A stretch of 64,000 nt of DNA from Phoronis australis (Eukaryota > Animalia > Phoronida): positions 87,663 to 151,662 of the forward strand of contig NMRA01000402.1 of assembly GCA_002633005.1 (NCBI GenBank). The letters are read 5' to 3'. The translations under genes and the position numbers were made by a program. Below the pieces are notes generated by a model that was not told the origin of the DNA, did not search any database, and saw only the letters and a program-made list of their open reading frames with translations. Shown in pieces: positions 1-12,188 of the stretch; position 1 is the first letter of the stretch, and each line of letters opens with the position of its first letter.

Positions 1-3000
1 TATAATGACTAGGACAGGTTTATGTTACTTTCAATAATCAAAGTGTATTTGATTTCTCATATTATTCAAAATATGCAGTGTTTCAAATGGGATTCTCAGG
101 CAGTTGCTCCCTGAATTCTTTCTCTACACCGATGGGGTTGAAAACGTCTCCTCCGTGTTAAAGTTTTTTTGTTGCAAATGAACCCAAAGGTTTTAATCTA
201 GATAGGAACTCAAATCAAACAGCATACATGTAGTATAGCCCGGAAGAACCCACTCTTCTGAGCGGCCTGTCCCGTACAATGCCTATGCCGCAGTACCCAC
301 TGGCATAATTTTCTTATCCCTTCTTCTTCGCGCTAAGTCAAATCTCACTGTGAAGATATTACTGGTACAGAGAATCCGCCTCAGGAAAGATATTTAATAT
401 TTAACTGAGTAACCGAAGGTTTTAAACCCATAATACATTATATTGAATACGTCCACACTGATTTTATTCGGGGCCTGGAATTAAGGGACACTGTACTTGT
501 AGGTTTTACAACTGGCAAACGAGATTTTTAGGGTTATTGTTGAATAGGACAGACTTTTTAAACTTATTATAATTATTTGACCAGAGTTGTGGAAGTACCA
601 AATCTGTCGTTTTTACGATTTTGTTACAAATCGCTTATTGTTTATCAAGTAATTTGTTCCCACGGTAGAAACAAAGGATCCCCAGGTGCGCCTTTTAAAC
701 GCATTATCGTGACAGATGACCGTCAAGGTTACTTAGGATCATTGAAAACTGTCCAAACTAATGGCATCATGTTTCAGAAAGGACTGCTTGGATTCAAATG
801 GAACTTTTACTTTCAGCACTGTCCTCCAAAATGTTATTGGTTGGTTTTAAAATGTTCCCCCTTTGCATACGGGGTTATCAAAAATGGACTGCATGAGAAA
901 CTAGCCAAAGTAGCATGATAGGAAAACTAAATGGCAATTTAGAAAACGACAACATTGCTGTTGTGTAATGAATGTACCTGTCTTTTGTACTAAATTTTGC
1001 TTGAATGGCATGGTTACATGTACGTGACCCAATCAATGACAGATCGGTGCGTATATAGTTTTGCACGATTTTTGAAATACGCACGAAAGAAAAACTATGT
1101 AGTTACCATAGATTTTCTAATCTCCATCCCACTTATGATAAATGGGCGCATGCGCTCACACTCAATTGTGTAAAGTCGCTTGAAGTCAAAGGTCACATTT
1201 TCCATATAAGGGAAATGTGAAACGTCTATGTCTTGTCATACCAAATAAGGAGTCGTGCTTTGTCTTATGGGAGAAAAATCGACGATGTGGCGAGCAGTTG
1301 ACAAATCGTTCTTTGAAATTTGAAACTAAAAGAAAATGCTTTGACATCAACAGGAACTAGAAAATTTTACGAACGAAACCTAAAAATACCTGGTGAAAAG
1401 GTTGAATTCTTTTTCAGTGGCAGAGAACCACTTTCAATATTGCAATTTAGCCTGCTTATATCGTTCCACGCCTCTTTAATACACAGATTTGTGGATGGCA
1501 CACATACCTTAATTCAGCCAGATCGGTTTCTGAGAAACAATTTGTGTAAAATGAATAGGTTTGATTCGATTTGTGCACCGGATGTGATGTATATCTGTTT
1601 GAATTGATTAGATTTAATTGATCACGACCGAGGATGGTGATTTGGATGGGAGAATACCACGAAGATATCGATACGAAAAAATATAAAACGAATGGTTTTT
1701 TCCACACTTTTGAAAATCTCTGGAGAATAATTCAAATAATTCAATAAGAGCATACTTTTAAGTGATTGATTCGCCTGTGCCATTAAACCTGAAAATACAT
1801 TTCAGTCATCACCCCCATCAAAGTTGGATTCTGAATATGGTTACATGTACTTCCCAGAATGTCAAGTTCAATGTTTATATTCCGGGAACATTGATGTTGT
1901 GAGCATTTCTTATAATAAAAGGAACACAACAAGTATATCTAAGACTTAATTAATTTAATGGACAGGTGGATCAGCCTTTACTTCAAAAAGTAGATAATTT
2001 ATGTGGAACCCATGTACAGAATACAACTAGAGCTCGTACGGTAGGCCACTGCTGAGTCAGCACTCTAATTAAGGCCAGACACGTACATACAAATAGTGTT
2101 ACATAACTGAAGATAGTCTAAATTTCCAGTTCTTGCCTATCTGCAAGTTGTGTCCTCTTGAGAATTAAAGTTATTTACTTTCCCGAAGAAATACTATAAA
2201 TGTAGTCAAAAACGTTGCGTTTGGTTTCGGTTTGTTGACAATCGCAATTTGATCGGGATGGCGTGCTTGTGATTGAAGTGCGAGTCTGGATACGAGACAA
2301 AAGACAGCGCGAACACGTAACAATGGTCTAGATTGATATATCCATTTAGGTGGAGATCCCTGTAGTCTGGAACTGAATTAAGCGCCTTATATTTGTTATG
2401 TAAAAATATAATTGATGTTCCATGATCTATCATTTCTGACTGCAAGTGTCTCGCGTGTCAGGTGTCGTGCACTGTTGTTAGAGGTTTTTATACATGTAGA
2501 TCCGTCCTGGATAACACAGCAACATTTGAATCTCTGGTTGCAGTATGCCACAACATTAGCATGGCGTTGTCCCGGCGTCATTGTTCTTTGCTGTTCCTGT
2601 ATTCTTTACAAGTATTTCTCGGCTACATTAATCTATTCGTCCTTCCAATACCAATGAAGTATTACTGCTATGCCGTGGGCTGCTGAAACTCTGAAGGGAG
2701 AAAGTTACAGTGTATATAAACTTGACAAATTAAATATCCGAGGATGTGTGATGTTTTAAGTTTGTCGCCATACCAGACCAATCACGGAAAAAAATGCAAA
2801 AGCAGTGGATAAAGCAAATCCGTCGGGTTAATTATGAACCGAACACAATACCCTTTCTAAAATGATACCTTTAAATACGGGACTTTTAAACTGTTGAAAC
2901 CGGAAATGCTTCCACGATCACACACCTTGATGGTTTCAGACATGACCTGTGAAAATGTGCCTCACATTCCAAAACAAGACCAACGCTGCGCCCACGGTGC

Positions 3001-3768
3001 ATCGCAAACGATATGATCTTAGGGGAAACTACGGGGTGCTGCCTTAAAACTCTGTGTATTAAAAAAAAAACAATCTCATATGTTTCCTTACCTTGAAAGG
3101 ACTATATTTTCGTGTACCAACAAAAGCCTAAGTCGGCGAGCACATTCGCCATTTTCGAATTCGCAATTTTAGGGTTGTCCAAACCAAACACTCTGAAAGT
3201 TTTTTTTTCAGTCGATGTTGGTTTCAGCGTGCTTGTTAGTTGTGAGATCAGTTTTAGAGAGTGAAAGGTCTAGTTCCGTTTTTCAGCCAAGGAAAAGGGG
3301 CGGGCGAAATAAAACTTTAATATATACAAGTGAAATAAATCACTTGCAGACGATGTGATTAACTAAGACGGGAACACCATTAAAATATTCAAATAATCCT
3401 GTGTAAACCCTGTGTATACAATGGTAACGCACCTATCCATCAGACTCAGAAGGCAAATCGGACGTCTGATTCACAGTCTTAAAAAATCACACGTGAACGG
3501 TCGTCAGATGCTTGATATGCCTTACCTGCCCTGCGACCTCGATAAACCAGCCGGCAGATTTGTCTTCTTACCGTGAGAAGCCTGCACTTCATTGTTGATA
3601 TGTGTGGTTAGACTCTGCTCGCTGATGTTGTAACATTTCTTACATAAAGATTAAGCTAATGCTAAGACAGTTACGGTAGATAGGAAGACTTTGTGAACGC
3701 TCGTTTTGAAGTGAGGTTAGCCTGCCTTTGTCTACGATTTAGACGAGGCAGTCAAAGACGTACACGTA

Positions 3769-3938
3769 CAGTGCTTAAATGGGGCGTGGGCGCACGTAGG
3801 CGCACGTAGGCGCAGCCCGGCAACCACCTTTTGGCATTTGAACGTAGCGACTAGACACCGTCAGTTACGTTCAGTGCCCAAGGTGATACGGTGGGCTTTG
3901 GGAGCCCACATACCTCTAATTTTACCACTACAGCACTG
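3769..3938. mobile_element. hAT-like MITE
   Basis: TIRs CAGTGCTTAAATGG / CCACTACAGCACTG, imperfect 8-bp TSD tacacgta/tacatgtg, internal GGCGCACGTA subrepeats. Confidence 0.6.
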
Positions 3939-4966
3939 TACATGTGTATACTGTATCAAGTTTGCAGACAGATCCTGTGTTTGGGACTACATGTAATTTG
4001 CCTAAATTTTTCGAATGGTTCGTGTTATTTGTCATGTAAGACCAATCAAAGTCTTGTGTTTTCTGACAATCACCGTTTCAAGAACAAATACGACGTGATG
4101 TTCACATGCCGATTGTGATGTACGCGTTGCATCTTAGCAATTTTTGGTCTCTTAAATCGGCCTCGGTCTCCAACTGAATGGTCGGTTTTCGGTCGGTGGT
4201 TGTTTCAACATACCCAAAGTGGAGCAGTGTTGACTGAGGATAAGTTACGAAAAGTTCAATTTCTGGTTGGGTTAAGATGGGGAAAATACCCCAGATTCCG
4301 CCGTATGATGCCACACTTAAGTCAACCCCTTTTGCTTGAATATCTGTTCAAGTTCAAAGCCTTGGCAGGGGTGAAGGGATCGAGGTGGGTGGGTTCTATA
4401 TAGGGGGTGCTTAGTAGTAAAAAACCCCGTGGACGGTTTCCACCACACCATTTAGACCTCTCTAGTTTCATATGTTTAGAGCTTGACTGATAGGTTGGAA
4501 CAATTCATTGCAGATAGTCTACAAATCTCGAAGGTCAATGTCAAAGATCGTGAAAAATAGGAGTGACAAATCGCTTTATTGCACAGGGAATTGTTGTTTG
4601 TAGCGGACCGACGATCGAAGCAAATTAAGCATATTACTCGCCACTGAAATACCAGCGGTTTTCATATGAAACAAAATATCATATTTGGTTCTGGCCCTGG
4701 GGACTAATCTCTGTTCTCACTGAAAACTGGACTCGAAATTTGACAACATGAACGACACGCTTCAGGTAAATAAACTAAATTGTACTTGAATCATGCGACG
4801 TATTTGTTTCGAGCCTGGGGTTTGGTCTGTGGTTGTTTTGAAAACTAACGCCGTATTTTCAGTTGGGTACGCCATCGCCTTTTCAAGAATATTTGTGATT
4901 TATTAAGTCTACTTCAGTCATGCAGTATCAGGACTTCCAGACCTGTATCGACGGAGGAGGGGAGTG

Positions 4967-4982
4967 GGGGGGGGGGGGGGGN

Positions 4983-5013
<31 letters not shown>
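4967..5013. repeat. Poly-G run spanning scaffold N (4982)
   Basis: ~46 G interrupted by one N; true length unreliable. Confidence 0.85.
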
Positions 5014-5014
<1 letters not shown>

Positions 5015-5533
5015 GGTTGGTGCAAATACCGTATCGAAGTTGATTATGCAAACGTTTAATTGCAAAGATGAGATAGATATTTGAATTCTCATAGCACCTC
5101 TCTTAACTAATAGCCACCTTCCCCTTTGTGCGATTTACATTGACCAGTACTGCCTAGCTAATATTCGATATGCTCCGAGTCCAGTTAAAGTCTAAAATCA
5201 GGCACTGATTGAATCACGACAAACGGATGTGTTAAGCATTGTTGACTCCAATTCCAACAATCGACCTAGTTATGCGAGATTGGCGTGTTATTAGAAACCA
5301 TCGCATAACTGAATAAGGGTATTCCAAAACCAGCATTTAAAATTGCATTCCACGTTGTTTCTTGGGATAAAAACGAAAAGTCGAATTTGGCTTTTACTAT
5401 CCGATCTACCGTGTCCACAACATTTAAAATATGCATAGTGACGTTTCCAATGATTATAAAAACATTTTGCTGTCATGTTATCTTTATCCACTAGCTCTGG
5501 CTAAACCTGGGCTGTCACTATAACGAAAAAAGT

Positions 5534-5611
5534 CGAGAACGCCAGGAGTCGAACCTGGACTCTCCTGCCCGGCGTAGTCAGGCGCCTTGTCCATTGCGGG
5601 GCCACGTGCCC
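5534..5611 (-). pseudogene. tRNA-Arg(ACG) pseudogene/variant
   Basis: 78 nt, with a 3-nt insertion in the D arm (GGCC-CCG-CAATGG), an altered and extended anticodon arm (CTACGCCGGGCAGG) and an acceptor-stem mismatch. The B box and T6 terminator are intact. Confidence 0.8.
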
Positions 5612-7532
5612 ACTTGAGACATCGACACTGGGCTTGTGTAAACCCTGCCTGAACTGTGGAATACTGTTTTTTATACCACAATATTAGCGTCAAATGGCAG
5701 ATACAACCGTGTAATAACCCATAAAGTTATCTCACTAGTGAGATAACGATTTGGCGGGAAACCGAGGACGGGGTCGAACCCGGGACCCTAATATTGCTGG
5801 TCATTACTAAGTCAAATTTCAGCTTTGGTGCGCACCCAACATAAACTGTACTGTGATTTCTCAATATTTTCATGCAATGTTTCTAATTTGAATGCATAGG
5901 TCCTTATTCATACATTGAAATAAGACGCCACGTATTATCTATAGTATACAATTCAACTTGATATTCTTCAAAAAGAGGTACATAATGAAGATAGAATTAA
6001 AAGGAACATTATTTGTTAGTAAACAAAGACGGACATGTACATGCACAGAAATGAGATTTGTGAAAATTTAGTGGTATCCCTATCAGGCCGTTTTATGCCG
6101 CAATTTGGCATCGGTAGGAGACTGACTGAATACTGATGAGGTGCATCGATTGAAAAAAACCTGATGTGACGAATTTCTCAAGGACTCAGCTGGGAGGAAT
6201 TTGTTTCATTATTTGTGTGTACGTATGCATGACATCTCGCTAATTTGCTCATCAATTGTACGGCAATGCAGAAGTTTTTCTTAGCTTACATGTACATTAT
6301 TGTATACCGTCCAAACTTTAAGTGAGGGCACGTTCATGTGCCTATTAGACCAAGGTTGCCCCGGCTAAAGAGGCGGATCCAGGATTAAGTCCGTGACACA
6401 CTGTGAGGTTCGCCTGACTGCGTCAGTGCCCGTAGCTGTACTGCGACGGTTACCAAAGCAGCCAGGAAAATTGGTAGTACTCTTTAAAGTGTGTGAAACC
6501 TTCTTTTGGTAATTACACTGCCGTTTGATTTGTTTTGAATTGTGTGGCATTGAAGGTACTTGAGGTTTTACGAGTACTTTTACATTTTCTGTTCAAAAAC
6601 ACGTCGAGGTAATTGGTATTTGATATTGCCCAGATTTCAAACCCTTCCGTGGTCAATACGCGAACACAGACGGTGTCATAATCAATGATTAAGAGTCGCT
6701 GTATAACAAACAAACAATCGTTTTAATTCGAATTTAACGGCCATTTTTTTCTTCGCCAAACGACTTGAGTCCAGTGATATTTTGGAAAAAACTTCTGTTG
6801 TTACTAAAAGAGATTGCAATCACTGCAGTGTTGTGAAAAATAGACAATTATCTCAGATGACATGTTTTTGAAGTTCGGAAACCTCTAGTCCGCCGACTTG
6901 TCTTTCAGCCGGCGTCAGTTTTTAAACAAATCGATATGTACTCACACATGTTCTTTTTTATCCTTGATGCTTACGAGCAAAATTGCAGTTCAGTTTACAG
7001 GAATTTTGAAGGGTGGGACGGGTCTCATCCAACGAAAATCCGAAAGAAATTGTTTCCGTAAGCCCTAAGAACGGCATGGTGCCTTCGTTTTTTGTTCTTC
7101 ATAGATGGGGGTTCACGCGGTAACCTGGACCTCCAAAACTAAATCTGCGTTAATGGGGGCCCACCTACCCACTGCTACTGCTTCGATCACTGATCACAGC
7201 TGCATGAATAGAATCTAATCCATCGCTGATAGAGATTAAACTACCTGCCCGAGCGAATGAATTTGATTCGTTACAAAAAAGCCATTTTAGAGCGCGCGTG
7301 TTCAATGATTGTAACCAATCGGTGCTGCGAAAAAATCCTCAAAGCCGAGGGACCTTCGCTCCGCCAAACATCTCATTATCATATCCTCTGTGTTCTCAAA
7401 CGCTTATTTCGTCCTGGGTGCCACAATCTGTGGTGTGACTGTTTTGTGGCACTGGCAATACCTGGTATGTATAATTTATATTCGTAAAACGACTTTTTTC
7501 AGCAGGAGGGAAACTAAAACGAAAAATAAAAC

Positions 7533-7605
7533 AGAGCACGCCAACAGTCGAACCTGGAATACCCTGATCCGTAGTAAAGCATCATATCCATTAGGCCATG
7601 TACCC
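7533..7605 (-). pseudogene. Degenerate tRNA-Arg(ACG) pseudogene
   Basis: Reverse complement GGGTACATGGCCTAATGGATATGATGCTTTACTACGGATCAGGGTATTCCAGGTTCGACTGTTGGCGTGCTCT; stems broken by many substitutions. Confidence 0.8.
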
Positions 7606-8044
7606 TCTTGAGGATACGCAGAAATGTTTTTTTGAATTTTCACTGCTTTTGTGAACTTTTGCAAACCCTCCCCGAACTGTAATGCTGTTTTATTTCCATT
7701 CCATTATGTGAAAGCAAAATGCCTACCACCCAACTCATGAAGCATAGGCAATTGCTGAATACTTTGAAATGATAAATCTGAACATCTGACAGGTATGAAC
7801 TTCTCGGACAGGACTCATAGACCTTTTATGTCGTGTGGGGGCCTCAGTCTGATTGAGAAGTGGTTGGCACGAACTGATTCAGTTGCTAATTTGGCATTGT
7901 GTCATTTCGACTATTGTGAAAACATTTTCGCTGTTGTCAACCACCTCTAGTAGCCCTGGCTAAACCTGCATTGTGTAATTTATATTCGTAGAATGAACCA
8001 CTTTTAACAGTTGTATCGAAGTATAGGATCTGGATGCAAAAAGT

Positions 8045-8117
8045 CGAGCACGCCAGGAGTCGAACCTGGAATCTCCTGATCCGTAGTCAGGCGCCTTGTC
8101 CATTGGGCCACGCGCCC
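8045..8117 (-). tRNA. tRNA-Arg(ACG)
   Basis: Reverse complement GGGCGCGTGGCCCAATGGACAAGGCGCCTGACTACGGATCAGGAGATTCCAGGTTCGACTCCTGGCGTGCTCG: 73 nt, full cloverleaf, anticodon loop CT-ACG-GA, A20, T5 Pol III terminator 2 nt downstream. Confidence 0.96.
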
Positions 8118-10082
8118 TATAGTACCATCAACGTGAATTAGGCCACACTCGACAATAGCTCTACCCTGAACTGCAGTGTCGCAACCAACCGTGTGATGCT
8201 GTTTTGTTTTCCGTTACTAACACAGTTTTAAGCTTCAGCGTTCACCGAGATAAACTGTATGTTGAATTATTAATATTATTGAAAATAAGTCCTAGATATT
8301 TTTTGTGAAACGATCTTAATTTACGGTTTAATTCCCTTTAGTTGAAAAAATTTTGGGAAGCTAGGATTCATCAAATTTACGCTCTGTGACGTATTTTTAG
8401 CCTATGACAGTCTTTCTACAAAATTGTGGTGCATTGCTATGCACTTCCGTTGTTAAATTACAATACGTCAATAGGAAAACTTGAACTCTTGAATAGAAAT
8501 ATAGTTTCGACTCACCAAATTACCTGAAATCTTCCTTATGTTTTACAATTTTTAATGTTCATGTGGAGTCCAGATTAATTGGAATTAAGTCCAAATGTGC
8601 GCTACCTCGTACCCCACAACACGAGAAAAATCTCTGGATGAACCGTTCTGACACATGTTGTTGTCACGTGACGTTTGTTTTGAAGTTCGTCTGCGTATGA
8701 GAGTGAATTAACAATTTTAAATGGATTTGTTATTGAAAGTACACAAGATTGTACGAGAAGTTTCCCAAATTAAATTTTTTATTGCCCATATGAGACCTTT
8801 CTGCTGGAGTCGCAGCCTTAATCAAAATGCACGGCGCACACAGCTAGACGGCTTTCTTGTTGTATAATCAATCAGCGAGATCACGGCACAAGCAATTCGG
8901 GAAATGGCTAGTCAGTCCACTAATTACCGCTGGATAAAATTAAATTTTAAAGAGTTTCTGATGTTATTACAATATATTTCATTGCCATTCACGTCACCTG
9001 ATATGTAAACGGTTTCCTTAGTTTCGAAGCCTCACTAGCCATCATTTCAGTACAATTTTTTAAACAGTTCATTCTTGGGCACGTTTTCTGTGATCTGTAG
9101 GCTACTTTATAAGCAAAATAGTTGCAGCTTATTCACAAAAATTGGCCCTCTATGCTTTAGCCATAGACTGGTTGTTCAAGATCGTTGCACACACGGGTTT
9201 GAAAAATTGACTCAACCGGGTCGGAGGCCCATTCACTCGAAGGCAAATTAACGTCCGCGTACTAAGCCGTTTAGAACATCGTGACTGCGTCTGTTTTCTT
9301 AGGGGCCTTCGCCTCTGCGTTAATTGGGAAACCATCTACCCATTCCAAGTACAACCTAATCTCATACTGCGGATGAAGAGTACCTTCTTGAAGCGCGTGA
9401 CTTTGATTTTAAGCAATCATTTTTAACTCCGTTTCCCCTGGCAGTGGTGGTTTCAATCTGTGACGGACTTTAGTTGGATCCTCTAAACATCTCGCGTACC
9501 ATAAGGCTTAGTGTTCTTGCTGAATAGCTTGATTTAAATGAGCTGATTTTTGCGGACTATGCGAAAGCGAAATGTCCGCCGGCATTACCCAAGGGATGAC
9601 CAATTTGTTGTTGACTCCAGCCTGCGAAGCCAAAGCGCGGTAAAACTGAATTCCAGGACGGGAGACAGAATGAAATTATCTGCAAGACGAAAAAATATAC
9701 TCAAACCCAAAATTTATCGTGCCAGACCTTATAGTATCAAAATTTAGCGTGCCAGAACCGAAAATACATCACGCTAGGACACACCGCAATTTATCACCGG
9801 CCGCCAGGACATAAAATTTGTCACGCCAGGACGTAGGAATTCTTGCCAGGAGAAATTTTTTTCCATGATAAAATTACATGCTAGGAGAAAAATTCATGCC
9901 AAAAGAAATTTTACTTGCCAGGAGACCACGTCACGATCGGCTGTGTCAGTGTTACACTCCGGCAGCCGGCGTATTCAAGTCTAGTGTGTCCAGGTGTACT
10001 TTGGCTCCCGTTGTATAACGTGAATGCCTCCTCTAGAATCAAACTTGTACATTTGATGTACGAAATCTAAGAAGAAAAATAT

Positions 10083-10155
10083 CGAGCACGCCAGGAGTCG
10101 AACCTGGAATCTCCTGATCCGTAGTCAGGCGCCTTGTCCATTGGGCCACGCGCCC
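10083..10155 (-). tRNA. tRNA-Arg(ACG), identical to the 8045-8117 copy
   Basis: Same 73-nt sequence, followed by ATATTTTT terminator. Confidence 0.96.
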
Positions 10156-12158
10156 TCTTGATGAAATGCGGCGGTAATTTGCTAATTTAAACCTTAACTC
10201 ATACGTTTCCCGCCAAACGATTATCTATGTTATAGTTTGTACTTGGGCTGATATGTGAATTGAATTATCATTTCACCCATTTTATATTCGCTATTCTCAA
10301 TTTAAATAGAAATTCGGAAAACCAACCGATATTAATGCGAAAACAGCAAAACAATGGAAACGTAACTCCTTTTGGCAACAGAGGGCACTGCAATCTGTTA
10401 TTACGCGACAGCAACATTCTCGAAGTGAGTGTGTGAAAATTTATGTGATTGTGTTCGATTCTCTGTAGTGTTGTTCCGCTCCATCCTGTTTAGAGATACC
10501 ATTTAGTACCTTTAACCAGTCTGAAGTGAGTTCTCTAGGCTATGAGTCTGAAAAACTCCAGCAACCAGGGCAGCACGTCATTTAGGACTTGTCTAAAATA
10601 CTAAATTAGTTAGCATTTCCTGTATCCTACCTAGATTCTATGCATTCCACTTCCAGTGTCAGTGATCTAATCTTTGTACTAGAAATTGAACTCAAAATAT
10701 TTTTGAAATTTTCTGTTCTCCATTTGTGCAAACTCAAGATAAATGTCTTATCACGAAGATGACTAATGTGTAAAGTAATTTGCACACTCGGTGGAAGGCC
10801 TGGTCTCACGATTATAAACTCTCTCTAAATTTCAATCTGGACTCGAAATTTCAAGTTTTTACTATAGTTCGTAGCTTGAAGCTAGAAGTCATCAAATGCA
10901 AACTTGGAGTACCAGTAGACACTGATAGCATAAAATGGCTAGCTGGCTGGACCAGTTTGCTGTAGGAAGACGGTTGTACTGTCTGCAAGTGACATGGGGA
11001 TAGCGTTTACAGACCTTGCTACACCAAGACTAGGCTAGGTAAGGTGCTTTACCCCAGATAGAGGACATCAAAGGAAAAGTCTGGTGAAAGCAAGGTGCAC
11101 CCTTACCAAACAGCTAGTCAAGCCTATTCATAAAGACATGAACGATTAACTACGTGTGTAAAGCTTTATTAGAAAGTAGTTATTTTTACCAGGTCAGATT
11201 TACCACAAATTGGAAACACAAAGGGTATCGTGGTAGTGTGCTGTCTGTAGGTATTCGGGTAGACAATACCACCATCTCAAGTGGCCGCAGTAGAGACGGT
11301 GGCCATCTCATAGACGCTCCACATGCTGGAAGCTTTTCAGCGAATTATGCCTCACACTGATTGAACTGTCAAAATCTTGCTGTTATAAATACCTTTTATG
11401 CCTAGAGGGACACCTTATAGGGATGTTGATGTCTTTAATTCCTTCCAACTCGAACAAATACTCCTGAGCTTATGTTTTTCAGACAGTCCTTTTTGTTCAG
11501 TTGTCCAAATCGGCAACTGGCCATTTTTACACTGGTTGCACCATGGTATATCACATCGTCTTTCAAAAGATGTCACTTCACGAAACCAGAAAATTGAGCA
11601 AATATGTGTCAGAGTGTAAAAATTTTGTTTGTTTCAAAATAAAGTGTGACAGTGGTGTAAGAAAATGATATTCGTCAGGTTGAGTTTGTTTTTAAGAGGC
11701 GGTAGCATGTGTCTTGAATGTCAGAGTTACAAAAACTTGCATATAATTTGGACATGCTACATTTTGGCCATTGCAAACCTGCTATTAAACTTAACTTGGG
11801 TATCTAAATGCTGAACAGGACAACCGAATACTGTTCAGCAGGGCGTCCTAGCTTGGGTGTCAAAAATTGAGATGCAAGTGGCAACTGCAGTTGTACATTG
11901 CTGGTGTAGTAAATCAAGTTGCTAGTAATTGTTTACTGTTTAAAATGGCGATAATTAGATGGAGAAACTTTGAAAGTGACACTGAAACTAATGTCTTTCC
12001 AGTTACCTGAAGTGTCCATTCACTTGTCATTCTGTTGTTTGTTAAATGGGTGAAGTATTTTGGACCACACTTTTCATTTAATGAACCAGTTATGTTTCAT
12101 ATTTTTACAGTTATCTTGACGTGTTCCTGATGATGTAGATTCCATACATGAAACAGAA

Positions 12159-12188
12159 ATGGAGCCGACTCCTGAGAATATTGAAACG
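12159..12188 (+). CDS. IPO13: IPO13 coding exon 1 (MEPTPENIET)
   Basis: Acceptor ttttacag at 12110, in-frame TGA at 12117 upstream of ATG 12159, donor ACG|gtatgt; joins ALVSFY like IPO13 'TVENVEKAL'. Confidence 0.8.

Noticed and set aside
577-918. 113-aa ORF and other 60-95-aa ORFs in 1-4.4 kb
   Set aside because: They mostly have non-ATG starts, with no motif or splice-consistent structure that I could recognise.
4967-5013. Poly-G as a functional G-quadruplex
   Set aside because: It straddles a scaffold N, so its length and even its continuity are unreliable.
5763-5800. Fifth tRNA candidate (GGTTCGACCCC B box on the minus strand)
   Set aside because: Only a T-arm-like fragment is present, with no D arm, anticodon arm or acceptor stem.
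9640-9930. Cluster of GCCAGGA(C) short repeats
   Set aside because: These look like subterminal repeats of a DNA transposon relic, but I could not define TIRs or a TSD.
12127-12160. CTGATGA...GAAAC hammerhead-like core in the IPO13 5' UTR exon
   Set aside because: No credible helix I or III or adjacent NUH could be built, so it is probably chance.
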